From positions 1 through 64,000 of the IMG/VR virus record IMGVR_UViG_3300009095_000001: a stretch of DNA of 64,000 nt, one strand, 5' to 3'. The translations under genes were made by a program, and so were the position numbers. The notes beneath the pieces are model-generated. The model was not told the origin of the DNA. It did no database searches and saw only the letters and a list, made by a program, of their open reading frames with translations. Within the stretch, counting starts at the first letter, position 1. Every line of letters begins with the position of its first letter. The stretch comes from a virus (Duplodnaviria; Caudoviricetes). Of this stretch, positions 18,030-26,862 are shown piece by piece.

Positions 18030-18660
18030 CCCCGTGCCGCTGCTGCACCCGCGGGTGCGCGCTCACGCTGGCGGGCTGTGGACGGTCTGGTTCGGCAACG
18101 GAGCGTCTGCGCTAATCGAGGTCGACCGCGACGACCGATCCGCATGGCCGAGCTCGGCTCACCGCTGGCGCGTCGACGGGTTCGAGCTCAAGGCCACCGG
18201 TGTCGCCTACTCGCGCGACAACGCCATGCGGGCCGTGTGGTGCCACGCCGCGCGGCTGAGCCCGCCGCCACCGCTCGAGGTCGACGTGCTCGAGCTGGCC
18301 CGGCGAGTCGACAGGGCGGAGCCGAGCGAAGCGGCCGCGGCGATCCGCAAGCTGCTCGAGCAGCGGACGGACCGGCGCTGGTCGGTCCGCGTGGGCAAGG
18401 GCTCGAAGCGCGACGAGATCACGATCGGCGGGCGCGGGCCGCTGTCGGCCGGTGAGGCGGCCCTGCTCGCGGTGGTGCTTGCCGTGGACTACGTCGGGCC
18501 GATGGGCCACACGATCCACGCTCGGATCGGGCACCGGTCGCGCGCCGTGCTGGCGATCGTGGGGACCCCGACGCCTGAGCTCGAAGCACTCCGGCTCGCG
18601 GCGGTCCGGATGGGCAAGCCGCTCCCCTACTGCATGGACCAATCGGCGACGGTGCACTGA
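18016..18660 (+). CDS. phage hypothetical protein
   Basis: last gene before terminator. Confidence 0.5.
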   Translation: MSTRDPVPLLHPRVRAHAGGLWTVWFGNGASALIEVDRDDRSAWPSSAHRWRVDGFELKATGVAYSRDNAMRAVWCHAARLSPPPPLEVDVLELARRVDRAEPSEAAAAIRKLLEQRTDRRWSVRVGKGSKRDEITIGGRGPLSAGEAALLAVVLAVDYVGPMGHTIHARIGHRSRAVLAIVGTPTPELEALRLAAVRMGKPLPYCMDQSATVH

Positions 18661-18683
18661 GCGCAACGGGCCCCGGAAACGGT

Positions 18684-18720
18684 GTGCACTGGCTCGTATC
18701 GGGCCAGTGCACTTTTCTTT
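18684..18720 (+). terminator. intrinsic terminator
   Basis: gtgcactggctcg-tat-cgggccagtgcac followed by ttttcttt. Confidence 0.85.
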
Positions 18721-18730
18721 ATTCGGGCTG

Positions 18731-18759
18731 TTGACGTATAGTCCTACTGAGACTATCTC
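18731..18759 (+). promoter_or_regulatory. sigma70-type promoter with palindromic operator A (copy 2)
   Basis: TTGACG-ta-TAGTCC-tactg-AGACTA-tctc; 17-bp spacer to TATCTC. Confidence 0.75.
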
Positions 18760-18790
18760 AACCGAGTACCCGACGAAACGAGCCGCCGCA

Positions 18791-18964
18791 ATGACCAGCA
18801 TTACCACCATCAAAGCCGCCGTCCGCAACAACACCAACGCAGGGCGCGACTCTTACCACGGTCTGACCACCGAAGAGATCGCCGCCTACAACCGCGCGCT
18901 GATGTTTGGTGACGACGACGACGCGTTCCCCGAGCAGAACGAATGGTCGTCGGCCGTCGACTGA
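18791..18964 (+). CDS. 57-aa protein with acidic C-terminus
   Basis: MTSITTIKAAVRNN..GDDDDAFPEQNEW; directly after promoter. Confidence 0.6.
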   Translation: MTSITTIKAAVRNNTNAGRDSYHGLTTEEIAAYNRALMFGDDDDAFPEQNEWSSAVD

Positions 18965-19035
18965 CCTAGTCACCGGGCCCACCACCGCCCCGCCCGGCTC
19001 GCCGCGCGGGGCTTAGGCAGTAGAAGGACCCGATC

Positions 19036-19833
19036 ATGAGCACCGACACCCTCGCCACCATCAACGATCACCTCTCGCGCATCAACACCGGGTTCGGTCC
19101 CGTCGACTCAATCTGCGCCAGCACCGACGAGCAGCCGGCTGGTCTCGTGCGTGTATACGACGACCACGAGGATTGCGTGGCCAATGCCGACAAGCTGGCG
19201 GCCGCGCTCGCCGACGTCGAGGCCGGCGACTATGACGGCGCTTGGGCGGCGATCCTCGCTAGCAAGGCCGCCCGCACCGTCACCGCCACCGTCACCGCCT
19301 ACGAAGGGCCGGAGCCATGCGACTGGGAGGGATACGTGCTCGAGCAGTTCGAGCAGCTCTACCCGGGCGCCGAGATCGAGGTCAGCTACGGCAGCAGGAA
19401 CGAGGCGTTCGTCGACGAGGAGCCGCTCAGCGACTTCTCGCAGCTCTGCGAGGATTGGTGGGGCGACCTTTGCAACCAGGGCGACCACTGGGCGTGGGGC
19501 GAAGAGCCCGGCTACCAGGTCAAGGTCACCAAGGTGGCCGCCTCGTCGACCTGCGACACCAAGGATGCGGTCGATGCCGAGGTCGTGATTACCATCGGCA
19601 GCGAGACCTTCGAGGGCGAGGTGACCCTCTTCGCCGACCACGGTCGCAAAACCAAGCGCCGTCGCTACCCGCTCACCACCTGCGGCTCTCCGATCGAGTA
19701 CTGGGCCGACGACATGGTGATCAGCGCTCTCGCGGCTGCCGATGCACTCGGCATCAACCGCCTCGACGTGATTGGTGAGATCGAGGCCAGTGTCACCGCG
19801 CACGCCGACGCCACCATGCCGGCGCACTTCTGA
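19036..19833 (+). CDS. highly acidic hypothetical protein
   Basis: AAGGA RBS, D/E-rich 265 aa. Confidence 0.65.
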   Translation: MSTDTLATINDHLSRINTGFGPVDSICASTDEQPAGLVRVYDDHEDCVANADKLAAALADVEAGDYDGAWAAILASKAARTVTATVTAYEGPEPCDWEGYVLEQFEQLYPGAEIEVSYGSRNEAFVDEEPLSDFSQLCEDWWGDLCNQGDHWAWGEEPGYQVKVTKVAASSTCDTKDAVDAEVVITIGSETFEGEVTLFADHGRKTKRRRYPLTTCGSPIEYWADDMVISALAAADALGINRLDVIGEIEASVTAHADATMPAHF

Positions 19834-19909
19834 GCAGCTCCGGCATCGCCCGCGGCCCCGACGAGCTCGGCCGGCCGCAGGCGGCGTGAAGCTGCGAAGA
19901 GGACCAGGC

Positions 19910-20263
19910 ATGCAGACCGAGAAGTTGACCAAAGAGGAGCGCCAGCGACGGCTCGCTGAGCTGCTCGAGGAGACCGACCGCAAGCGGCTCGCTGAGCTTG
20001 CGGATCACCCGAACCCGGCGATCACGGTGTGGCGGATGCTCCCGGGCTCGCACTACGGCGCGGTGTTCAAGGACACCAAGATGAGCAAGGTCGTCGGGTT
20101 CGACGTGCGCACGGCTGGCGAGCATCGATTCATGCCGATCGCGGTCGCCAAGCAGTTGGTGAAAGACGGCAAGTGCATGTACTCGCCGATCGGTGATCTG
20201 TGGCTGATGGTCAACCCGGATTGGAAGCCGGCCCCCAAGCGGAGCAAGTCATGTCGCGCGTAG
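19910..20263 (+). CDS. phage hypothetical protein
   Basis: GAGGA RBS before ATG 19910. Confidence 0.55.
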   Translation: MQTEKLTKEERQRRLAELLEETDRKRLAELADHPNPAITVWRMLPGSHYGAVFKDTKMSKVVGFDVRTAGEHRFMPIAVAKQLVKDGKCMYSPIGDLWLMVNPDWKPAPKRSKSCRA

Positions 20264-20739
20264 CGATCCGATACCGGCGTCGCAGCAGCGATGCGCACGC
20301 TCAGATCGCGCGCGAGTCCGGCCACGGGTTGCCGTGCTTCATCGACGGCGATGTGGTCAAGCCCGGCTCGATCCAAGTGCCGCTCACGATGGATCAGACC
20401 GTGCCGTCGACTGACGAGCTCGGCCCTTGCTACGCGTGCCAGCGTCCCTTGCTGAAATACCAGTCCCGCTGGGCTGGCGAGCCCGGTCTGCTCCTGCACT
20501 GGGAGTGCGCAGAGGCGATCTGGCCGTCGCTGGGGAACGCGGGCGAGGCCACGCTCGTGAAGCCGCTGCTGACCGCGGAGCAGCTTGCCTACAAGGCTGG
20601 GTTGCGAAGCATCCGCACCACGACTCTGTACTCGATGATCTGCACGTACGAGGACAACCCCGGCGAACGGACAGCGCAGATTGATTGGATGATTGACCTG
20701 GTGCGAGCCGAGTACGCGACCCGGCCTGGCGCGCTCTGA
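20251..20739 (+). CDS. hypothetical protein with CxxC..HxxC zinc site
   Basis: CYAC..LHWEC; GGAG RBS. Confidence 0.5.
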   Translation: MSRVAIRYRRRSSDAHAQIARESGHGLPCFIDGDVVKPGSIQVPLTMDQTVPSTDELGPCYACQRPLLKYQSRWAGEPGLLLHWECAEAIWPSLGNAGEATLVKPLLTAEQLAYKAGLRSIRTTTLYSMICTYEDNPGERTAQIDWMIDLVRAEYATRPGAL

Positions 20740-20871
20740 TCGATCGGGGCTCCGGCCCCGCTGGCGTACCGTGCCATGCTGGCCAGCTCCGTTCGGCCGA
20801 AGCGCAACACGATCGCTAAACGCTGTGCTCCGCAGCGCAGCGACAAAGTGCACGAGCACGCAAGAGAGATC

Positions 20872-20900
20872 TTGTAAGTTAGTCCTGGCTAGACTATATC
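20872..20900 (+). promoter_or_regulatory. sigma70-type promoter with palindromic operator A (copy 3)
   Basis: TTGTAA-gt-TAGTCC-tggct-AGACTA-tatc; upstream of ECF sigma. Confidence 0.7.
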
Positions 20901-20966
20901 CGACCTGCCCCGCGCGAGTGACCGATCGCGTAGGGTCGCTCTCCACCCTGAAAGACCAGACCAGAC

Positions 20967-21659
20967 ATGAGCACGATGACCGCTAGTGACCGCCGCCGCT
21001 TCGAGCGAGCAGCCCTCCCTCTCTTGGAGAACCTCTACGGGAACGCGATGCGCCTGACCCGTGACCCGTCCGAAGCCGAGGATCTCGTGCAGGACACCAT
21101 GGTCCGCGCGTTCCGGTTTTGGGACACCTTCCAGGAGGGCACCAACATCAAGGGCTGGCTGTTCACCATCCAGCGCAACACCTTCATCAACGGCTATCAC
21201 CGGCAGGGTCGCGCGCAGAACTTTGTGGCGTCGGTGCACTGCGAAATGCGGTCGACGTCGAGCGCATCGATCGGCTACTCGCACAGCACACCGCCCGGGC
21301 CCGATGAGATCATCCGCGAGCAGGCGACCCGTGAGGCGATTGCCGAAGCGCTCGCGCAGCTCCCCGCGGAGTACCGCCGAGCGGTCGAGCTCGCCGACCT
21401 CGAAGGGCTCTCCTACAAGGAGATCGCCGAGTTGATGGACACCCCGATCGGGACCGTCATGAGCCGGATCTACCGCGCGCGGAAGCAGCTGCATCGCCTG
21501 CTCTACGCCCACGCGCTCGAGCTGGAGATCGTCGCAGACGATGACCAGGGCCCCGGGCAGCGCCGGACCCGGTACGCCCGCACCCCGCTGGCGATCGTCG
21601 ACGACGAGCTCGAGGCCGACGAGCTCGAGGCCGCCCCGCAGCTGGAGCTCGCGCTGTGA
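20967..21659 (+). CDS. ECF sigma factor (SigH/SigR-like)
   Basis: region 2 LYGNAMRLTRDPSEAEDLVQDT..WLFTIQRNTFIN; region 4 EGLSYKEIAELMDTPIGTVMSRIYRARKQL. Confidence 0.92.
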   Translation: MSTMTASDRRRFERAALPLLENLYGNAMRLTRDPSEAEDLVQDTMVRAFRFWDTFQEGTNIKGWLFTIQRNTFINGYHRQGRAQNFVASVHCEMRSTSSASIGYSHSTPPGPDEIIREQATREAIAEALAQLPAEYRRAVELADLEGLSYKEIAELMDTPIGTVMSRIYRARKQLHRLLYAHALELEIVADDDQGPGQRRTRYARTPLAIVDDELEADELEAAPQLELAL

Positions 21660-22006
21660 TGGACATGCAGGTCGCGTTCGAGATCGACGACGACTCCGAA
21701 GCCGCGCGCGTGCACCTGGCACTGGCCGCAGCAGGCTACCAGCCGACACGACGCGGCCCGCGTGATCGCAAGTTCGCCGCAACCGCGAGGGCCGTCACAG
21801 CGGCGGTCGAGCGCTACCGCCTGACCGCCAAGCTCGCGGTCGCCCTGCAGCAGCTGCTCATGGGCGTCGACTCGGCGCCGCAGCTCGCCAAGTCGCTGGA
21901 GATCACCGAGGACTCCGCGCGCTACCGAGTGCGCCGGCTGTGTCAGGTGATGGACGCGCCGGATCTCGCGGGCGTCGTGGCGCGGGCCCTCGCGCTGCTC
22001 GGATGA
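21656..22006 (+). CDS. LuxR-like HTH protein
   Basis: LTAKLAVALQQLLMG..PQLAKSLEITEDSARYRVRRL.. Confidence 0.5.
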   Translation: MMDMQVAFEIDDDSEAARVHLALAAAGYQPTRRGPRDRKFAATARAVTAAVERYRLTAKLAVALQQLLMGVDSAPQLAKSLEITEDSARYRVRRLCQVMDAPDLAGVVARALALLG

Positions 22007-22061
22007 CCATCGTGGCCCCGCCGGGAAGCAGGGGCCGTTCCCCGCTGTACAACCTACCCAG

Positions 22062-22403
22062 ATGCAACCCGCCACACCAATCAGCTACCCCGCGATCGTC
22101 GGCTTCACGATCGCCAAGCTACGCCAAGGCCGGTCGCAAGAGAGCATCGCCGACGCGCTTGGGATCGGGCAATCCGGCTACTCCAAGCTCGAGCGCGGTG
22201 TGGTCGTGATGACCGTGCCGCAGCTACGCGTGGTCGCCGAGCAGCTCGAGGTCGCCGAGCAGGAGATCCTCGATCTCGCGGCTGCGCTGCGATCCGCCTG
22301 CGAGGCCAAGAAGCTCACGGTGATCGACGATAAGGCGCAGCCGGACACCGTCGCGGAGGTGACCGCGCTGCTCGAAGATCTGTGGCGCAGGGTGGCCGCG
22401 TGA
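22062..22403 (+). CDS. XRE-family HTH regulator
   Basis: IAKLRQGRSQESIADALGIGQSGYSKLERG. Confidence 0.8.
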   Translation: MQPATPISYPAIVGFTIAKLRQGRSQESIADALGIGQSGYSKLERGVVVMTVPQLRVVAEQLEVAEQEILDLAAALRSACEAKKLTVIDDKAQPDTVAEVTALLEDLWRRVAA

Positions 22404-22789
22404 CCGCGCCGCTGGTGTTCGCTATCCGCCCGCGGTACGTCGCGATGATCCTCGCCCGGATCAAGCGAGTCGAGTACCGCACGCGCAAGCCTGCGCTCGC
22501 GCCCGGCGAGCAGTTCTTGATCTACGAGACCGCGCCCATGTCCAAGGTCGTCGCGGTGGTGACCAGCGCGGGCGTGGTCTCGGCTCACCCGGACGATCTG
22601 TGGGAGCAGACCAGCGACCGCGGCGGGATCGAGCGCGAGGCGTTCGACAGCTACTTCGCCGCGTGCGGATTCGGCCATGCGATCGAGCTCGGCGACGTGC
22701 TGCGCTTGACCGATCCGCTGCCGCTGCCGCCGGGCCAAGCCGTGCCGCAGGCGTGGGCTCGATGGCGCGGACCGTGGCCGCTGGAATGA
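22400..22789 (+). CDS. ASCH-domain protein
   Basis: AIRPRYVAMILARIKRVEYR..IYETAP..PQAW. Confidence 0.75.
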   Translation: MTAPLVFAIRPRYVAMILARIKRVEYRTRKPALAPGEQFLIYETAPMSKVVAVVTSAGVVSAHPDDLWEQTSDRGGIEREAFDSYFAACGFGHAIELGDVLRLTDPLPLPPGQAVPQAWARWRGPWPLE

Positions 22790-22817
22790 GTCGCGGTGGC
22801 CGGCGCTTGGGCCCGCC

Positions 22818-23561
22818 ATGCAGATCAAGCGCATTGAAAGCAGCCCCACTCGCTGGCACCGGTTGGTGGTCAATCGCGACGACACCACCGAAGCGATGAA
22901 CATCCACGGCGGCGTGCTGGTTCGGACGACAGCTCAGACCATCCAGCTTTTCCGAGAGTCGTCGCCGAGCACGTCGCTAACCTTCATTCCAGGCCTGGTC
23001 GTCGCGCAGCGATGGGAGGTCGAGCTGGTCAAAGCTGATCCATGCGAGGGCCGTGAGGCGTTCATCGGGCTCGCGCGCGTGGTGCTTCTCTCGACGCCTC
23101 TCATGATCCACGACGAAGGCAACCGATCGCGCGGGATGATGCTCGAAGCGAGCGGCAGCAAGCCGGCCCGCTTCCGCCTGTTCAGCGCTGACGAGACCAT
23201 GCCCACGCCGCCGGATGAGATCGTGCGCGCGATCGCGGAGAACCGCCGACCGCCGACCGAGGTCGAAGCCCTACGTGCCGAACTGGAAGCCGCGCGTCAG
23301 GAGCTGACCGATATCGAGCTGGCGGTCGCTGACCACGACCCGCTCGCGGGCCCGGAAGACCTCGCCGGTCGCCTTCGCGAGCTACTCGGGCAGCAGGGCG
23401 ATCGCCGTAAGCTGCTCGTGCTTCGCGAGGACGTGCAGAGCTGGACCAACAACTACGCGATGCAGGGCGAAGATGAGCTACACCGGCTCACCCGTGACTT
23501 CGGTCAGCGGCTCACCGCGATCATCGACGCGAACCCGAGCGAGGGTAGCGATGGCGAGTGA
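22818..23561 (+). CDS. phage hypothetical protein with coiled coil
   Basis: 247-aa ORF. Confidence 0.55.
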   Translation: MQIKRIESSPTRWHRLVVNRDDTTEAMNIHGGVLVRTTAQTIQLFRESSPSTSLTFIPGLVVAQRWEVELVKADPCEGREAFIGLARVVLLSTPLMIHDEGNRSRGMMLEASGSKPARFRLFSADETMPTPPDEIVRAIAENRRPPTEVEALRAELEAARQELTDIELAVADHDPLAGPEDLAGRLRELLGQQGDRRKLLVLREDVQSWTNNYAMQGEDELHRLTRDFGQRLTAIIDANPSEGSDGE

Positions 23562-23913
23562 CCCGAACCTCGGAGCCGTGCGAGCGCGGCAGCTCGCCCG
23601 CGACGCGATCGTGCACGCCAAGATCGAGGCCGACCGCGATGCTACCCAGCTGACGCTCGTGCAGCTGCGTGAGCTCGTGGCCGCCGCGGAGGCGTCAGGC
23701 GAGGAGACGATCGAGGTCGTCGTGCATCGCACCAAGACCACCAATACGCGGCACCCGATCGCGTTGATGGTCCTTGTCGGCGAGCGCCTGCGTCGTGGTC
23801 CGCTCTCCAGCGAGGATCACAAGGTCGAGCACGCGGGCGGCCACAACTGGCGTGCGCGTTGGCGGACCCGCGACTGCGAGAGGTTCGTGGAAAAGATGGT
23901 GCGCTATGGCTGA
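23551..23913 (+). CDS. phage hypothetical protein
   Basis: overlapping start/stop. Confidence 0.5.
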   Translation: MASDPNLGAVRARQLARDAIVHAKIEADRDATQLTLVQLRELVAAAEASGEETIEVVVHRTKTTNTRHPIALMVLVGERLRRGPLSSEDHKVEHAGGHNWRARWRTRDCERFVEKMVRYG

Positions 23914-24973
23914 GCTGTTCCCCGAAGATGCGAAGGCAACAAAGCGGAAGCTCGCGCGAGAAGCTGCGGCACGGAAGCGCGAGCGCGAAGCTGCGGACCA
24001 ACGGCTGCGCGAGCGTGAGGCCGACTTCACCGCGCGCCCAGTGGTTCGCGAGGCGGTCAACGCGGGATGGCTGCTGCGTCGCTGGCCCGTCACGCACGAC
24101 GACAAGACGCTGATCGTGTTCGAGTTCGGCGACGGCAAGCTCTGCTGGATTCAGCTCGAGCCCGGCGAGCCCCTGCGGGTGCTGGACATTGGCGCGGGCG
24201 CGGGCGTGTGGTCGTCGGAGCTGCGCCGCAAGGCCGCGCTCGAAGGCTGGCCGATCCACATCACCGCGGTGGAGCTCGAGCCCGATGAGCGCAAGTGGCT
24301 GGCGCGGCATGCCGACGTGGTGATCATCGCCGACTGGCACGAGGGCTTTGGGATGGTGCGCGGCGAGGATGGGATCTGGCGGCCCGGGCCGGAGCCGCGG
24401 ACCTACCACCTGGTGCTCGGCAATCCTCCGTTCACCCAAGCTCGCGCAGCGACGCGACCCGAATGGCCGATCACGCCGCCCAAGGGGTCTATCCCCGAGG
24501 CGGAGCGCAAGGCCCTGAACGCCAAATACGCGCCGATCCGTCGGCGGCTGAAAGAGGAAAAGGCGGCCGAGCTCGCTCGGGTCGGCGTGGTGAACAAGGT
24601 CTTGGCGGAAGCGCTCGCCGAGTACGATCCGCACGCGTCCATGGTCGCGGTTGCCTTGCAGCACGCGCCCGCGGTGTTTCTGTACATGAGCCAACAGAGC
24701 TGGACAAAGACCGCATCCGGCTGGCTGACGCGCCTGCACTACCCGCCCGCGGCGGCGTTCGATATTCCCGGGAGCGTCAGCCATCGCGAGGGTGGCGGAG
24801 GTGACTCGATCCCCTACGCTGCGAGCTTGTGGCTGCGCGGGCACGAAGGGCCGGCGGCGCTGTCAATGCTCGAGCCGTTCGCGGATCGCAGCTGGAAAGT
24901 GCGGCCCGGGACCGAGCCCGACGCCTGGTGCGATGCGCAAGGGATCCCGCTGCTGGTGCGAGGTGTCGCGTGA
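23906..24973 (+). CDS. SAM-dependent DNA amino-methyltransferase (N6-adenine, gamma-like order)
   Basis: VLDIGAGAGVW followed by LVLGNPPF. Confidence 0.75.
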   Translation: MAELFPEDAKATKRKLAREAAARKREREAADQRLREREADFTARPVVREAVNAGWLLRRWPVTHDDKTLIVFEFGDGKLCWIQLEPGEPLRVLDIGAGAGVWSSELRRKAALEGWPIHITAVELEPDERKWLARHADVVIIADWHEGFGMVRGEDGIWRPGPEPRTYHLVLGNPPFTQARAATRPEWPITPPKGSIPEAERKALNAKYAPIRRRLKEEKAAELARVGVVNKVLAEALAEYDPHASMVAVALQHAPAVFLYMSQQSWTKTASGWLTRLHYPPAAAFDIPGSVSHREGGGGDSIPYAASLWLRGHEGPAALSMLEPFADRSWKVRPGTEPDAWCDAQGIPLLVRGVA

Positions 24974-25171
24974 TCGGTGTCGTCGCGGTTGCAGAAGGCA
25001 CCGAGGTCAAGCCCGGCGAGCCCATGCTTGGCCAGTTCTTTACGACGGCGCAGGGCATCGCCGACTTCTACGGCGAGCGGCTCGCATACTGGAGCTAGAG
25101 GACAGGCCCGGGGCGGTCGTCGGGTTTGTTCTGAGCGACGGATCTCGCTTCCGATTGATGGCGGTGAAATC

Positions 25172-25735
25172 ATGAAGTTCGAGTGGTTGAAAACGGTCGC
25201 GGGCGCGAACGAGCGGGCCCGCCTGCGCGCGCAGGGTTGGGTTGGCTACGTCCGCGGTGGGTACTTCATCGCGGTCCGACCCGTGGGCGTCGTGAAGGCG
25301 CCCAAGCACTGGGAGTACCGCAGCACGTGGCGAGCCCTCGCCGAGCTCGGTGTGGATCTCGGCGACGACGTGCTCGATCCGATCCGCCCGAGCGCGGTCA
25401 AGGTCTCGAGCCCGCTCGATCTGGGCGACATGTTCGGCAAGGCGGAGGCCGAGCAATTCGCGGTTTTCATGATCTGGACGCTCGCGGCCAACGGCGACGA
25501 GTGGCGGTCGGTCACTCTGGGAGAGGTCACCGATCACGTGCGCTCGCTGGTCGACCCGGCGCTGGTCGATGAGCCGCCGTCTTGGGCGTTCAATCCGTTC
25601 CTCCGCCCGTCGCCGCATCACCTGATCATGAACCGCTATGCAGAGTTCACCGGCCCCGGCGTGGGTCCAAGCCAGCCGATGGCGTTCACCGAGCTGGCGA
25701 TCTCGGATCTGACGGCGCGCTTCGGGAATGGCTGA
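25172..25735 (+). CDS. phage hypothetical protein
   Basis: ATG 25172, protein-like. Confidence 0.5.
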   Translation: MKFEWLKTVAGANERARLRAQGWVGYVRGGYFIAVRPVGVVKAPKHWEYRSTWRALAELGVDLGDDVLDPIRPSAVKVSSPLDLGDMFGKAEAEQFAVFMIWTLAANGDEWRSVTLGEVTDHVRSLVDPALVDEPPSWAFNPFLRPSPHHLIMNRYAEFTGPGVGPSQPMAFTELAISDLTARFGNG

Positions 25736-26128
25736 GCGCGTCGCGGGCTTCTGCGAGCGATGGCCAAAAGCAAGCGAATCAAGGACAGCCTGGGCATCAG
25801 CATTCATAAAGGCGACCGTGTTACCGACGACCTTGGGCTGGTCGGTATCGTGGTCGATGAGCCCGAGACCACAACCGTGACGGTGCGATGGGACGGCGAC
25901 GCATACGACAGTAAAGTCCTCGCGTCGTACCTCACCGTGAGCAACGAGTAGACCAATGAACAGGCCGACGAACATCTACGGCGAGCCGCTGCCCGAGCAT
26001 CTGCACGACGTCGACGATCGCCACTTGTCTGGCGACGGTCCGGCGCATCCAGATCCCAAGGTCGAGCGTTCGATCCTCCGGTGGGCACTGGGCTACCGCG
26101 CGACCGAGCGCGACCCGTGGGGTGGGCC

Positions 26129-26521
26129 ATGAACCCGACGGCACCGGTCGATATTCAGCTGCTCGCCCAGATGCTGCGCGATGGCATGGAGTACGCGGAG
26201 ATCGACGGGATCACCGATCCGGCAGCGGTGCTCGCAGACGTGATCGGCAAGCACTTCGATCGGGACCAACGCGAGCGCTTGCTCGCCTGGCTGCGCGAGT
26301 TCATGCGCGATCGTCATGAGGGCTACGTCAGCGCGCGTCTGCGAGCTGGCGCGCCGCCGGATGGGCTCGGCCTTCGCTCGACTCGCGACCCCGTGAGCCG
26401 CGACGTCGCGGTCGCGCTGGGCTTCACCACCAACCCATTCGAGCTGCAGCACGGCACGATCGTGTGGTCGCTCTGCGAGCTGGCGGGCTGGCAGGACGGA
26501 CAGGAACAGGCAAACGCATGA
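26129..26521 (+). CDS. phage hypothetical protein
   Basis: ATGA overlap with next gene. Confidence 0.5.
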   Translation: MNPTAPVDIQLLAQMLRDGMEYAEIDGITDPAAVLADVIGKHFDRDQRERLLAWLREFMRDRHEGYVSARLRAGAPPDGLGLRSTRDPVSRDVAVALGFTTNPFELQHGTIVWSLCELAGWQDGQEQANA

Positions 26522-26859
26522 GCATCAAGGTCGAGATCCACAACCCTCGCGAGCTCAGTCCCGGGCTCACCTGCGTCGAGTACGGCACCACCGGAGAGGA
26601 CAGCGACGCCATCAAGACACCCGCCGTCGAGGAACAGCCCGATGCCACGTGGCCAGGCCGGCTTACCACGTGGCATTCCGGCAGTGCGCTGGTCGGCACA
26701 GTCGACGCGGTGATTATCTCGGGCTCGCTGCCCCTCAGCATCCCCATGCGGGCCTTGGAGACGGCAATCTTCGAGGCTGAGCACGCGCGCCGTCGCGGGC
26801 TCGAGGTCACCGTCAGCGACGGTCCGGGGCCGTTGTGCTCTCGGATCTCGAAGGGCTGA
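26518..26859 (+). CDS. phage hypothetical protein
   Basis: overlapping start/stop. Confidence 0.5.
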   Translation: MSIKVEIHNPRELSPGLTCVEYGTTGEDSDAIKTPAVEEQPDATWPGRLTTWHSGSALVGTVDAVIISGSLPLSIPMRALETAIFEAEHARRRGLEVTVSDGPGPLCSRISKG

Positions 26860-26862
26860 GCA

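Noticed and set aside
19840-19900. Hammerhead-like ribozyme in intergenic hairpin
   Set aside because: Has ccgacga rather than CUGANGA and no correctly placed GAAA/UH core
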